A stretch of DNA of 64,000 nucleotides from Spirochaetia bacterium. Its GTDB lineage: Bacteria > Spirochaetota > Spirochaetia > SZUA-6 > Bin103. Below are positions 48,358 to 58,168 of this stretch, piece after piece (position 1 is the stretch's first letter; the number at the start of each line of letters is the position of its first letter). The stretch spans positions 1,984,001 to 2,048,000 of the forward strand of contig CBDBDQ010000005.1 in the NCBI GenBank assembly GCA_965203905.1. The letters run 5' to 3'. The notes below the pieces were generated by a model that saw only the letters and a program-made list of their open reading frames with translations, had not been told where the DNA came from and did not search any database. Position numbers and translations under genes: made by a program.

Positions 48358-50145
48358 CTACTTTATGAACAGCCGGTCGGCGAGCCCCCTCATACCGTAG
48401 CCGTGGAGCGGGTGCGGCTTGATGTTGCCGATCGTGTTGCGGACGGCGGTCATCGACGCCGGCGCGAAGGTGTACGCCCACGGCACTTCCTCGATCCACA
48501 GCTCCTGCAGCTTGCGGTAGCCGCGGATGCGCTGCTCCTCGTCGGTGGTCAGGTTGGCCTCGTCCCAGGCAGCGTCCACCGCCGCCTCCCAGTCGCGGCG
48601 CGGCGACTCCTGGTTGGGCTCGATCATGTGCAGGGAGCCGCGCGACGGGTACACGTTGGCGCCGCCCACCGGATCCACCGAGCCGGTCAGGCCGATCAGG
48701 ATCATCTGCCAGTCGTAGGAGGCGACCAGACGGGTGACCAGCTCGTTGAACGCTTCCGGCTTGAAGGTGACGTCGACCCCTACCGCCTTCGCCTCCTGGC
48801 TGAACAGCTCGCCGATCTGCTCGCGCACGTCGTTGCCGGAGTTGGTGTTCAGGATCAGCTCGATCTTGTTGCCGTCCGGGTCCTCGCGCACGCCGTCGCC
48901 GTCGCGGTCGGTGTAGCCGATCGCGTCGAGCAGCTCCTTGGCGCTCTGCGGGTCGTACTTGAAGGCGGCGTCGGCGGCGCCCTCCCAGTAGTAGGGGGAC
49001 ACGGTCCACACGAACGAGTATTGCGGGTAGCCGAAGCCGAAGGCGATGTTGTTGATGATGGTCTGGCGGTCGATCAGGTGCGCCATCGCCTGGCGGAACG
49101 ACTTGTTGGACAGCCAGGTGAGCGCCGGCGGCTCGATCCCGCCGTCCTCCTCGCCCTCGATCGGGTTCTGGTTGAAGGTGATGAACTGGGTGCTGGAGGC
49201 GGGGCCGACGTTGTAGATCAGGAAGTTGTCGGACTCCTGCCTGTCGACCAGGGCGCCGTAGTCCTTGCCGCGCAGCCCGAAGGCGTCGCTCTCACCGGCG
49301 ATGAAGCGGGCCAGGCCGGTTTCGAGATCCTCGACGAACTCGATCACGAACTCGTCCAGGTAGGGAAGCTGCTGCCCCCACTCGTCCTGCTCGTAGTAGT
49401 TGGGGTTGGGCACCATCACCACCCGCTCGCTCGGCACGTACTCGCCGATCAGGAACGGGCCGTTGCCGACGATGGTGCTCACGTCGGTGTCCACGCCCCA
49501 GAACGAGTTGACCGCGGCGGCACCCTCCGCCTCGATCAGCGGCTCGAAGATGTGGCGCGGCATCGGCCCGATCGAGGCGATCTCGAAGATGCCGGCGTAC
49601 ACCGACGGCAGCACGACGCGGTAGGTCAGGTCGTCGATCAGCTCGAACTCCGCGAGCTCGCCGCCGACGTTCAGGGCGTCGCGGGTGCTGGTCTCCACCG
49701 CTTCGTTCTTGTAGATCTCGTTGACGCTCCACACGACCTCGTCCGCGGTGATAGGGTCGCCGTCGGACCACACCAGGCCGCTGCGCAGGTGGAGCGTTAT
49801 CGTCTTCTGGTCCTCGGAGATCTCCCAGCGCTCGGCCAGGCCCGGCTCCCACTCCAGGGTGAGCTGGCTGCGCCGCACCACGCCGGCGAACATGCGATCG
49901 GTGATGTCGGTGGTCGAGGTCTCCTTGGCGACCACCGGGTTGAAGGTCTTGGCGTCGGAGATGTTGTTCACCACGAACCGGCCGCCGTGGCGGCCGCGCT
50001 CCCATGCGGAGTGATCGACCGGCTCCAGCATGTCGATCGGGCTCATCTCCTCCGCTTCGGCCAGCGGTTCGATCTCCACCTCGGGGCCGGCCCAGGCGCC
50101 AATGGCGGCAACGCCGGCAATCAGAACGGCGACGACTTTCTTCAT
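48358..50145 (-). CDS. oppA: Peptide ABC transporter substrate-binding protein (SBP family 5)
   Basis: SD GGAGG; signal MKKVVAVLIAGVAAIGAWA; LRSGL.WSDG.PITADEV, QQLPYLD, FNQNP, FRQAM; same subfamily motifs as 1-873. Confidence 0.94.
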   Translation of the reverse strand: MKKVVAVLIAGVAAIGAWAGPEVEIEPLAEAEEMSPIDMLEPVDHSAWERGRHGGRFVVNNISDAKTFNPVVAKETSTTDITDRMFAGVVRRSQLTLEWEPGLAERWEISEDQKTITLHLRSGLVWSDGDPITADEVVWSVNEIYKNEAVETSTRDALNVGGELAEFELIDDLTYRVVLPSVYAGIFEIASIGPMPRHIFEPLIEAEGAAAVNSFWGVDTDVSTIVGNGPFLIGEYVPSERVVMVPNPNYYEQDEWGQQLPYLDEFVIEFVEDLETGLARFIAGESDAFGLRGKDYGALVDRQESDNFLIYNVGPASSTQFITFNQNPIEGEEDGGIEPPALTWLSNKSFRQAMAHLIDRQTIINNIAFGFGYPQYSFVWTVSPYYWEGAADAAFKYDPQSAKELLDAIGYTDRDGDGVREDPDGNKIELILNTNSGNDVREQIGELFSQEAKAVGVDVTFKPEAFNELVTRLVASYDWQMILIGLTGSVDPVGGANVYPSRGSLHMIEPNQESPRRDWEAAVDAAWDEANLTTDEEQRIRGYRKLQELWIEEVPWAYTFAPASMTAVRNTIGNIKPHPLHGYGMRGLADRLFIK

Positions 50146-50253
50146 GGGAACCTCCAACGAACGTGAGTGTCCCGTAATGGTACCGCATGCCTGTTGCGCT
50201 GTCTTGCTTGTGCGCGCAATCGCGTAATCAGTTCGTTTCGAAACGGCCCGTCA

Positions 50254-50281
50254 TTGACGTACCTGCTGGGGACGGTACCTT
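50254..50281 (+). promoter_or_regulatory. sigma70-type promoter of histidine kinase, probably leaderless; palindrome CGTTTCGAAACG just upstream (50234-50245)
   Basis: TTGACG-N16-TACCTT, 6 nt before ATG 50288. Confidence 0.55.
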
Positions 50282-50287
50282 CACTCC

Positions 50288-51382
50288 ATGAGCCAGCACG
50301 GTCACTCCGTGACACGGAAGACTACAAGAACCGCGCAAGGAGTACACGGTGGCCGCCATGTTCGGATCAGCACATCGGTCAGGGACCTGATCACCGGCGC
50401 GGTGGCGTGTGTGGTCCTGGTCTATTTCTTTGCCCGTATCGAGCTGGTCGAACTGGTTTTCGACTGGACCCGGCAGCATGAAGACTGGGATCTCGACGAG
50501 ATCCTCGCCGGCGTGCCCGCGCTGGCCGTGGTGGCTGCCTGGTTTGCGGCTCGGCGGCGCCGCGAGGCGCTACGGCTGAGCGTCCACCTGGAGCATAACG
50601 TGGCCCAACTCCAGGAGGAGGTTCGCCGGCGCCGCGAGTTGCAGGAGCAGCTCCGCGAAGCGTACAAGGTTGCCGCCGTGGGCACCGTCGCCGGCGGCCT
50701 CGCGCACGAGCTGAACGACGTCCTGCAACCGATCGTCACGCTGTCGCAACTCCACGCCGAGCGGCCGGAGACTCCCGCAGAGGTGCGTAGCGGCATGCGG
50801 CACATCCAGGACGCTGCCGAACGGGGACGTGAAATCGTCAAGCATTCGCTCTCCTTCACCACCGGCGGAACGCGCGACACCGAGCAGGTGGTCCCCGCCC
50901 GCTGGCTTGCCGGCTTCGTGGCGCGGGCCCGAAAGCAGGCCGGCGAGGTGACGATCGCCACCCGGTTCGGTACCGACGCGGGTTCGGTGCGGGTGAATTC
51001 CGGCGAGCTGGAGCACGTCATGGACAACCTGCTCCGCAATGCCGTCGAGGCGATGCAGCAGCGTGGGACCGTAACCGTCGTCCTCGACACCTGCACCCTG
51101 AACGCCCAAGCCGCGCTCGCGCAGGGGCTGACGGTCGGCGAGTTCTTTCGAATAGACGTGACCGACGAGGGTCCCGGCATGGCCGACGAAGTGCGGCGCC
51201 ACGTATTCGATCCGTTCTTTACCACCAAGGGTGGTGCCACCAAGGGCGGCGGCGACGGAACGGGGCTGGGGCTCGCCGTCGTGTATCGGCTGGTGCGCGG
51301 CTGGGAGGGCAACATCTCCGTGCACTCCGAGCCCGGCGCCGGCGCCACCTTCAGCGTCCTGATTCCCCGGCTTGGCGCGTAG
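50288..51382 (+). CDS. Membrane sensor histidine kinase
   Basis: Two TM segments; H-box GGLAHELND, N-box NLLRNAVEAM, DEGPGM, FDPFFTTK, GTGLGL. Confidence 0.93.
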   Translation: MSQHGHSVTRKTTRTAQGVHGGRHVRISTSVRDLITGAVACVVLVYFFARIELVELVFDWTRQHEDWDLDEILAGVPALAVVAAWFAARRRREALRLSVHLEHNVAQLQEEVRRRRELQEQLREAYKVAAVGTVAGGLAHELNDVLQPIVTLSQLHAERPETPAEVRSGMRHIQDAAERGREIVKHSLSFTTGGTRDTEQVVPARWLAGFVARARKQAGEVTIATRFGTDAGSVRVNSGELEHVMDNLLRNAVEAMQQRGTVTVVLDTCTLNAQAALAQGLTVGEFFRIDVTDEGPGMADEVRRHVFDPFFTTKGGATKGGGDGTGLGLAVVYRLVRGWEGNISVHSEPGAGATFSVLIPRLGA

Positions 51383-51387
51383 CAGCC

Positions 51388-51759
51388 GTGGCGACGGTTC
51401 TCGTGGCTGACGATGCGGCCGCGGTACGCTACGCCCTGAGCGCGCTGTTGCGGGGCGCCGGCTACCGGGTGATCGAAGCGGACGGCGGCGTGGCGGCCGT
51501 GCGTGCCGCGGCGACCGCGATGCCGGACCTCGTCGTGGCCGACCTGCACCTGCCGGGCCTGCCGGCCGAACGGCTCATCGAGCAGCTGAAGGCAACGTGT
51601 CCCGGCACCAGGTTCATCGGGCTGTCCGGCGGCGGCATGCACCAGGACCCCGAATCGGCGCTGCGCCTGGCCACCGCCGCCGGCGCCGATGGCGCCCTGC
51701 AGAAACCGGTCTCGAACGACTCCCTGCTGGCCGAGGTGCGAGCCCTGCTGAAACGCTGA
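51388..51759 (+). CDS. Single-domain response regulator (receiver only)
   Basis: VLVADD, PDLVVADLHLPG, LSG, LQKP. Confidence 0.9.
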   Translation: MATVLVADDAAAVRYALSALLRGAGYRVIEADGGVAAVRAAATAMPDLVVADLHLPGLPAERLIEQLKATCPGTRFIGLSGGGMHQDPESALRLATAAGADGALQKPVSNDSLLAEVRALLKR

Positions 51760-51822
51760 CACGGGCCCCGCGCAGGGGCAGGCCTGCGCCCGGCGGGCCG
51801 CCCGCGGCGGCGTCCCGGCCGC

Positions 51823-53127
51823 TCAGACCAGGTGCATGCGCAGCCAGTCCACCACCTCCGGGCGAGCCGCGGCGAGATTGTGCTCTTCCAACGGGTCGGC
51901 GTCGCGGTCGAACAGGAGCGGCCCGCGGTTCGGGTCGAGCACCAGCTTGTAGCGGCCGTCGGTGGCGAGCCGCCAGCCGGCCAGGCCGGCCACCGCGGCC
52001 GGGCGGTGCCGGTCGCGGCGTGCTGCCAGCAGCGGCCGCAGCGACACGGCGTCCATCGCCGGCAGCGGCTGCGCCGCGGCATAGTCCACGAAGGTGGCGG
52101 CGAGGTCGTGCAGGCTCACCAGGGCGTTCGAGGTCAGACCGCCCGCACAACCCGGGCCGGCGGCGATCAGCGGAATACGCACCGCCGCCTCGTGCCAGGT
52201 GCTCTTGCCCCAGCGGCCATGGTCGCCGAGCATCTCGCCATGGTCGGAGGTGTAAACCACCAGGGTATGCTCCAGCTCGCCGCGCGCCGCCACCGCCTCC
52301 AGCAACCGCCCGCACCAGGTATCGATGTTCTCGATCATGGCTGCGTAGTTCCGGCGCGCCCGCAGCAGGTCGTCGCGATCGCGGTGTTCGTTGGCGTGTG
52401 GCATGGGGAACTCGATTCCCTCCCAGCGGGCGCGCATGTCCGCAGTGACGTCGAACGGGTCGTGCGGGCCAAGGAAGTTCACCTGCAGGAACCAGGGCGT
52501 CGTGCGCGGCAGTTCCGCCAGCACCTGCAGCGCGTTGCCCGCGACCCAGTTGTCGCCGTAGGCATCGTCCGGCAGCGCCGTAGTGTACGCTCCCAGGTGC
52601 TCCCGGCGCGCGGCGTGCTCCTGCAGGTAGCGCCGCGCCAGGCCGCGCTCGTGGAGCATCTTCAGGTAGGGGCCGCGCGGCGCGCCGGCGGCACGGTAGG
52701 AGTTGCTGCCGTCCAGCTTGCCCTCGCTGTCGATGCCGTCGGTGAAGCCCCACTCGTGCAGCAGCCGCGAGCCATCCAGCTCCCACCACAGGTTGGCCGG
52801 GTCGCTGCCGTCCTTGTGCAGGTCGAACTTGCCCACACCCGCCACGCGATAGCCGGCGGCCCGCAGTGCCTGGTAGAAGGTGGGTTGATCAAGTGGATAG
52901 TTGTTGCTGTTGCCCGCCACCCCGCAGTGGGCGTAGTGGCGCCCCGAGGCCAGCGACGCCCGTGACGGCGCGCACAGCGGCGAGGTGCAGTAGGCGCGCT
53001 GAAACGAGACCCCGCGCGCCGCCAGCCGCTGCAGCGTCGGGGTGCGCAACGGCAGGTCGCCGCCGGCCAGCCAGTCGGCACGGTGCTGATCCGGGATCAG
53101 CAGCAACAGGTTGGGCTTCCGCGTCAA
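51823..53127 (-). CDS. Sulfatase (choline-sulfatase-like, Cys-type)
   Basis: PNLLLLIPDQHRAD, CAPSR (CxPxR), GKFDLH, GPHDP, TSDHGEMLGDH. Confidence 0.92.
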   Translation of the reverse strand: MTRKPNLLLLIPDQHRADWLAGGDLPLRTPTLQRLAARGVSFQRAYCTSPLCAPSRASLASGRHYAHCGVAGNSNNYPLDQPTFYQALRAAGYRVAGVGKFDLHKDGSDPANLWWELDGSRLLHEWGFTDGIDSEGKLDGSNSYRAAGAPRGPYLKMLHERGLARRYLQEHAARREHLGAYTTALPDDAYGDNWVAGNALQVLAELPRTTPWFLQVNFLGPHDPFDVTADMRARWEGIEFPMPHANEHRDRDDLLRARRNYAAMIENIDTWCGRLLEAVAARGELEHTLVVYTSDHGEMLGDHGRWGKSTWHEAAVRIPLIAAGPGCAGGLTSNALVSLHDLAATFVDYAAAQPLPAMDAVSLRPLLAARRDRHRPAAVAGLAGWRLATDGRYKLVLDPNRGPLLFDRDADPLEEHNLAAARPEVVDWLRMHLV

Positions 53128-53130
53128 CGG

Positions 53131-53598
53131 TTACTTCTCCTCCGACACGGAGAGCAGCTCCGCCGGCGTCCGCTCCGGGGACGCGAACGGATCGATCACC
53201 CGTACCCTACCGAACATCTGGCCATGCTGGAGATCCTCCGTGAGCAGCACCCGGCAATCGCTGCTCCGGGCAGCCGCGACGATCAGCGCGTCCCACCACG
53301 ACAGCGAGTAGCGATCCTGCAGAGCCCAGGCAGTTTTTATCAGGGTCAGGTCGATGGCGAGCGGGCTCCAGGACGCAAGGAGGTCGACTATGTCGCGTGC
53401 TTCCTGCGGCTCGAGGTTCGGCCGCAACTTGCGGGTAAGCGTGGAGTACAGCTCCTGCAGGACCTGAAAGCTCAGCCGCCCGGCGCGAAGTTCCACGATA
53501 CAGGTAATCCAATCTTCAGCACGTGCCTGCTTGCTGGCGTCCGCGGCATCGTGGCGGTAGACGAGTACGTTGGTGTCAACGAAGACTGGCCCGGTCAT
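53131..53598 (-). CDS. vapC: PIN-domain toxin (VapC-like)
   Basis: FVDTNVLVY, SFQVLQE, SWWDALIVAAA, LLTEDLQHG. Confidence 0.92.
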   Translation of the reverse strand: MTGPVFVDTNVLVYRHDAADASKQARAEDWITCIVELRAGRLSFQVLQELYSTLTRKLRPNLEPQEARDIVDLLASWSPLAIDLTLIKTAWALQDRYSLSWWDALIVAAARSSDCRVLLTEDLQHGQMFGRVRVIDPFASPERTPAELLSVSEEK

Positions 53599-53818
53599 GC
53601 AGCTCCTCGCGGGTCGGCTTGCGGCCGTCGACCCACTGAAACCTGCGCGGCTTTATCGCCAGATAGCGTGCCATTGCTGCCTCGTACTCATCATCCTGAC
53701 GCCGTAGGCTCTCGAGAAGGTCGGCCAGCCAGGCAGACACACTGAGATCGGCCTTGGCTGCCTCCACGCGCAGCCATCGAGCGGTGTCTTCGGGCAACGA
53801 AACGGTTACATTCTTCAT
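53576..53818 (-). CDS. Ribbon-helix-helix antitoxin (VapB-like)
   Basis: MKNVTVSL.E..ARW.RV.AA....SVS, C-terminal TREELHDR; overlaps PIN gene. Confidence 0.88.
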   Translation of the reverse strand: MKNVTVSLPEDTARWLRVEAAKADLSVSAWLADLLESLRRQDDEYEAAMARYLAIKPRRFQWVDGRKPTREELHDRASLR

Positions 53819-53824
53819 GACGCG

Positions 53825-53853
53825 AAAATAGTGTAGCACGAACATCGTGTCAA
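53825..53853 (-). promoter_or_regulatory. sigma70 promoter of the TA operon with palindromic operator in the spacer
   Basis: TTGACA-N17-TATTTT, 6 nt before ATG; CACGA-ACA-TCGTG at 53837-53849. Confidence 0.7.
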
Positions 53854-53892
53854 CGCACCGCGTCGGCTGATCCACGCTATATTGAGTCTGGC

Positions 53893-54171
53893 GTGGCAGC
53901 GAACAATCGGCAGACGGCTCATCCGGTCGTCAATCTCGTGGTATGGCTGACCGCGATCGGGTTGATGGCGACGGTCGCGGCAGTGACCGGCGGGCGCCTG
54001 GTGGCGGTGGTGGGCGCGCTGCTCGCTGCCGACACGCCGCTGGTGGGCCGCATCGCGGTGGCGCTGGGCATGGGCGTGATCGCGCTGCTGCTGCTGTTGT
54101 TCTTCGTCTGGCTGGTCGCGACCCTGGTGCGCAACGCCGCCGCGCACGTGATACGCGGCCGCAAGCCCTGA
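53893..54171 (+). CDS. Small two-TM membrane protein, function unknown
   Basis: Two long hydrophobic segments; TATATT 9 nt upstream of GTG. Confidence 0.6.
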   Translation: MAANNRQTAHPVVNLVVWLTAIGLMATVAAVTGGRLVAVVGALLAADTPLVGRIAVALGMGVIALLLLLFFVWLVATLVRNAAAHVIRGRKP

Positions 54172-54210
54172 GCTGCCCGCACACGGCCGCATCCGCGACG
54201 TTCCCGGCAC

Positions 54211-55476
54211 TCAGGCGGTAGATTCGTCGTCCAGTTCCAGCTTGATCACCAGCACCTCGTCGGTGATCTCGTTCACCGGCAGGTCGCATATCCGCAGACA
54301 GGGGCGCGCCGTCCAGCGCCAGGGGATCACGTCCACCGCCCACGCCAGCTCGCGGCCGTCGTTGAGCAGGGTGACCGAGCGCGGTTCCTCGGCGAACCCG
54401 TTCAGCACCGCGCCGCCGGTCTGCAGGTCGTGCGGGCAGTGCACGTAGATGGTGTTGCCGCGTCGCGTGAGCAGCAGCTCATCGTAACGGAACAGGGTGT
54501 CTCCCGAGGCCCCCGCGGCGGTGCGCTGCACCAGGTAGGTACAGGGCACGGTGCCGTCGAACGCCTCCCGCACCCGGCCGTACCAGGCGCCGATGCGGCG
54601 CAGCGCCGCCACGCACTCGGCGGGGAAGGTGCCGTCCGCCTTCGGTCCCACGTTGAGCAGGTAGTTGCCGCCCATCGCCAGAATCCGGTCCACGCTCTGC
54701 ATCAGGAACTTGTGCGCGTAGTAGTCCTCGCCCTCGCGGTAGCCCCAGCTCTCGCGGCCCAGCGACTGCACCGCCTCGGTGGGACTGGTGAAGGCTGCAC
54801 CCTCCGGCACGTGCCGCTCCGGGGTCGAGTAGTCGCCGGGGGCGGGCCCGCGGTCGTTGATCAAGGCGTCGGGCTGCAATTCGCGGATCATCCGGTTCAG
54901 CTCGGGGGCGTCGAACTCGGCCACGTTGATGTCCCAGAAGAACTCGCCCAGCCTGCCGTAGTTGGTGAGCAGCTCGCGTACCTGGTTGGCCACGAACTCC
55001 AGGTACTTCTCCTCGTCCGGGGCGTCGCCCGGGCGCGGGCCGAGCATTTCGTGGTGGCGGCCCAGGTTGGGATAGTTGGGATGATGCCAGTCGGGCAGCG
55101 AGTAGTAGAAGCCGAGCCCGACGCCGCGGCGGTGGCACGCCTCCGCCACCATGCCGATGATGTCCTTGCCGTAGGGGGTGCGCATCACGTTGTAGTCGGT
55201 GTGGGCGGTGTCCCACAGGCAGAAGCCGTCGTGGTGCTTGGTGGTGATGCACAGGTGCTCCATGCCCGCCTCCTGCAGCACGTCGAGCCAGGCGTCGGGA
55301 TCGAACTGCCGGGGATCGAACTCGTGCACCAGCTTCTCGTAGTCGCGGCGGCGCATGTCGCCGCGCCACAGCACCTGCTCCTGCCACGCCGGGATGGCGT
55401 ACAGCCCCCAATGGATGAACATCCCGAACCGCTTGCGAAAGAACCAGTCGCGGCCGTCGCCGAACGGTTTGATCAC
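54211..55476 (-). CDS. Alpha-L-fucosidase, glycoside hydrolase family 29
   Basis: WF...RFGMFIHWGLY, TTKHHDGFCLW, YYSL.DW, FFWD, LINDR, GGNYLLNVGP. Confidence 0.95.
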   Translation of the reverse strand: MIKPFGDGRDWFFRKRFGMFIHWGLYAIPAWQEQVLWRGDMRRRDYEKLVHEFDPRQFDPDAWLDVLQEAGMEHLCITTKHHDGFCLWDTAHTDYNVMRTPYGKDIIGMVAEACHRRGVGLGFYYSLPDWHHPNYPNLGRHHEMLGPRPGDAPDEEKYLEFVANQVRELLTNYGRLGEFFWDINVAEFDAPELNRMIRELQPDALINDRGPAPGDYSTPERHVPEGAAFTSPTEAVQSLGRESWGYREGEDYYAHKFLMQSVDRILAMGGNYLLNVGPKADGTFPAECVAALRRIGAWYGRVREAFDGTVPCTYLVQRTAAGASGDTLFRYDELLLTRRGNTIYVHCPHDLQTGGAVLNGFAEEPRSVTLLNDGRELAWAVDVIPWRWTARPCLRICDLPVNEITDEVLVIKLELDDESTA

Positions 55477-56051
55477 GCCTCTCCTCCTTGTGCCTGAACG
55501 GCCGGCGCCGCCGAGAGCCGCTGGTGGACCTCCTGCCAGCGCGCGGCGTGGCTGTCATGGGTCAGTTCCGGCTCGAAGCCGAGCTTCAGATAGGTCCGGA
55601 TCGCCGGCAGGCGCCAGTCGTCGGTGCTGAGCGTGGTCGCCGGCCAGCCTTCCCGGCGAGCGTACCACAGCACGGCGCTGCACACCTGCCGCCCCAGGCC
55701 GCGTCCCTGGTGGGCGGGCGTCACCGCCACCCAGCCCAGCTCGGAGCGCGGCTCGACTGCCGTGGGCGGCACGGTGCAGGCGGTGGCGACGGCGCGTTCG
55801 CCGCACAGAACCAGGTAGGTGCCCGCCGCCAGCACCGGCCGCTCGCCGGTCAGCAGCGTGTGCGCCCGCTGCTCGTCCCAGGTGCCGAGCTGTCCGTTGG
55901 CGGCGAGCACCGCGATCCAATCGGCCGTGTCCCGCTGCGCCAGCGTCGCCAGGGTATGGCCGGACGGCAGCCGCACCGGCGCCAGGGCGGCATAGGCCCG
56001 GAACTGCATGCGGAGCTGCGGCAGCTTCCGCTCGGGAGTCTCAGAAGTCAT
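55473..56051 (-). CDS. GNAT-family N-acetyltransferase
   Basis: LGWVAVTPAHQGRGLGR, TDDWRLPAIRTYLKLGF. Confidence 0.9.
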   Translation of the reverse strand: MTSETPERKLPQLRMQFRAYAALAPVRLPSGHTLATLAQRDTADWIAVLAANGQLGTWDEQRAHTLLTGERPVLAAGTYLVLCGERAVATACTVPPTAVEPRSELGWVAVTPAHQGRGLGRQVCSAVLWYARREGWPATTLSTDDWRLPAIRTYLKLGFEPELTHDSHAARWQEVHQRLSAAPAVQAQGGEA

Positions 56052-57063
56052 TGCGGACCCGTACCGGGCGTCCGCTGCGCAGCGACTCCCAGCAGGCCAG
56101 CCCGGTGGCAACCACCCGCGCACCGTCGCGCACCCCGACCCACGGCGTCTGTCCGTGCCGTATGCACTCCGCCATGTGCGCCATCATCACCAGCATCTCC
56201 TGGTGATGGCCCAGCGGCAGCTTGCTGGAGAAGGTCACCTCCGAGGAGCGCGCCGGCAGGTAGCCCGCGCCGTCCACCCGCTTGCGGGCGTTGCGGATGA
56301 CGCCGCGGGTGCCGTACACGGTGAGCTCGTTCATCGCCACCTCGGGCGGCTCCACCACGCCGAGGAAGGCGGCGACGCGACCGATCCTGCCGCTGGCGAA
56401 GCGCACGTTGATGACGAAGTTGTCCTCCTGGGGGTAATCCGGCGCCAGACCGCTGCGCTGCCCGTAGCAGTGCACCTCCTCGATGTCACCCATGAACCAG
56501 CGCAGCAGGTCGATCGGGTGGCAGCCCCCGCCGAGGATCAGGTCCTGCGGCATCTGCAGCCGCCACGGCGAGTAGTCGTACACCGGCCGCAGGTCGTGGA
56601 TGTAGTGCGACTCGGCCAGGTACAGTTCGCCGATCTCGCCGGCGTCGCAGGCGCGCTTGGCTTCCATGAAGTCGAGCCGGGCGCGCATCGACTGGGTCAC
56701 CAGCAGCACCCGGCCGCTGCGGTCAACCGCCGCCACCACCTGCTCCACCTCCTCCATGGTGTAGACCATCGACTTGGTCACCATCACGTGCTTGCCGGCG
56801 TCGATGGCGGCCAGGATCTGAGCCGCGTGCAGCGGTCCTGGGGTGTAGATGCCGATCACGTCCAGCTCCGGACGCGCCACCAACTCGGCAAAGTCGGTGG
56901 TGACGAACGGTACCTCGTAACGCTCCGCGGCCTCCCGCGCCCGCGCTCCGTCGCTGTCGCACACCGCCGTCACGCGCATGGGCAGGTGGCTGCCCGCCGG
57001 CGTGTTGGCCTGCAGCAGGGTAGTGCCGTGGCCGAGACCCGCCACGCCAAGCTTCAATTCCAT
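56041..57063 (-). CDS. Gfo/Idh/MocA-family oxidoreductase
   Basis: LGVAGLG, AVCD, TP..LHA, AGKHVMVTKSM, GEIGEL, GCHPIDLLRW. Confidence 0.92.
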   Translation of the reverse strand: MELKLGVAGLGHGTTLLQANTPAGSHLPMRVTAVCDSDGARAREAAERYEVPFVTTDFAELVARPELDVIGIYTPGPLHAAQILAAIDAGKHVMVTKSMVYTMEEVEQVVAAVDRSGRVLLVTQSMRARLDFMEAKRACDAGEIGELYLAESHYIHDLRPVYDYSPWRLQMPQDLILGGGCHPIDLLRWFMGDIEEVHCYGQRSGLAPDYPQEDNFVINVRFASGRIGRVAAFLGVVEPPEVAMNELTVYGTRGVIRNARKRVDGAGYLPARSSEVTFSSKLPLGHHQEMLVMMAHMAECIRHGQTPWVGVRDGARVVATGLACWESLRSGRPVRVRNDF

Positions 57064-57175
57064 GATTCACGATCCTCCCGCGCGTATTGTAGGGGCAGAG
57101 CGGCAACGCACCAACTCACGAAAATGGGCTATGAATAGCGTCCAACGACGCGCAACGGGGCGCGGGGGAGGTCAC

Positions 57176-58138
57176 ATGGGCGGCACGGCGGGCGGCGAAA
57201 CCATACAGCGGGTGGCGGTCATCGGCGCGGGTCTGATGGGCCACGGCATCGCCCTGGAGTTCGCGGTGGCGGGCCGCCGGGTGGCGATTACCGATGCCTC
57301 CGCCGCGTCCCTGGAGCAGGGTCTGGACAACCTGCGTAGCGGCGCGCAGACCCTGGCGCAGCTCGGCCTGGCGCCGCCCGCCGCCTGCGCCACGGCGCCG
57401 GAGCGCGTCACCGCCCACGCCGCGTTGCACGAAGCGGTGGCCGGTGCCGACCTGGTGATCGAGGCGGTAAGCGAGGAGCTGCCGCTGAAGCAGCGCATCT
57501 TCGCCGAGCTGGACGCCGCCTGCGGCGCCGGCGTGGTGCTGGCGAGCAACACCTCCACCTTCATGCCCAGCGCCCTCGCCGCCGGTACCCGCCACCCCCA
57601 GCGGATTCTCGTGGCCCACTACTTCAACCCGCCGCACCTGCTGCCGGTGGTGGAACTGGTGCCCCACGCGGACACCGACCCTGCCGTCATGGCGCGGATG
57701 CGGGATCTGTACCTGGCGCTCGGCAAGCGCCCGGTGGTGCTGCAGCGGGAGATCGCGGGGTTCATCGCCAACCGGCTGCAGCACGCGCTGCTGCGCGAGG
57801 CGGTGGCATTGGTGGAAGCGGGGGTGGCCAGCGCCGCGGAGGTCGACGCGGCGGTGAGCGGCAGCTTCGGCCGGCGGCTGGCGGTGGCGGGACCGTTCGA
57901 GGTCTCCGACCTGGCCGGGCTGGACGTGATCGCCGCCATCGCCCGCGAGCTGTGGCCCGAGCTTGCCGCCGGCACCACCGTGGCCGAGCTGCTGGCGCGT
58001 CCGGCCGCGGCCGGCGACTACGGCGCCAAGAGCGGCCGTGGCTTCGGCGACTGGCCCCGTGCCAAGGTGGATGCGGCGAAACAGCGTATCGCCACCGCCC
58101 TGGCCGCGACCGCCGCACTCCCCCGTGGCGGGCAGTAG
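57176..58138 (+). CDS. 3-hydroxyacyl-CoA dehydrogenase family protein
   Basis: GAGLMGHGIA, IEAVSE.L.LK, LASNTS, HYFNPPHLLPVVE, GFIANRLQ, GAKSGRGF; SD GGAGG. Confidence 0.93.
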   Translation: MGGTAGGETIQRVAVIGAGLMGHGIALEFAVAGRRVAITDASAASLEQGLDNLRSGAQTLAQLGLAPPAACATAPERVTAHAALHEAVAGADLVIEAVSEELPLKQRIFAELDAACGAGVVLASNTSTFMPSALAAGTRHPQRILVAHYFNPPHLLPVVELVPHADTDPAVMARMRDLYLALGKRPVVLQREIAGFIANRLQHALLREAVALVEAGVASAAEVDAAVSGSFGRRLAVAGPFEVSDLAGLDVIAAIARELWPELAAGTTVAELLARPAAAGDYGAKSGRGFGDWPRAKVDAAKQRIATALAATAALPRGGQ

Positions 58139-58168
58139 GGGTTCGATACCGTCGCGGCCGAGACGCCG

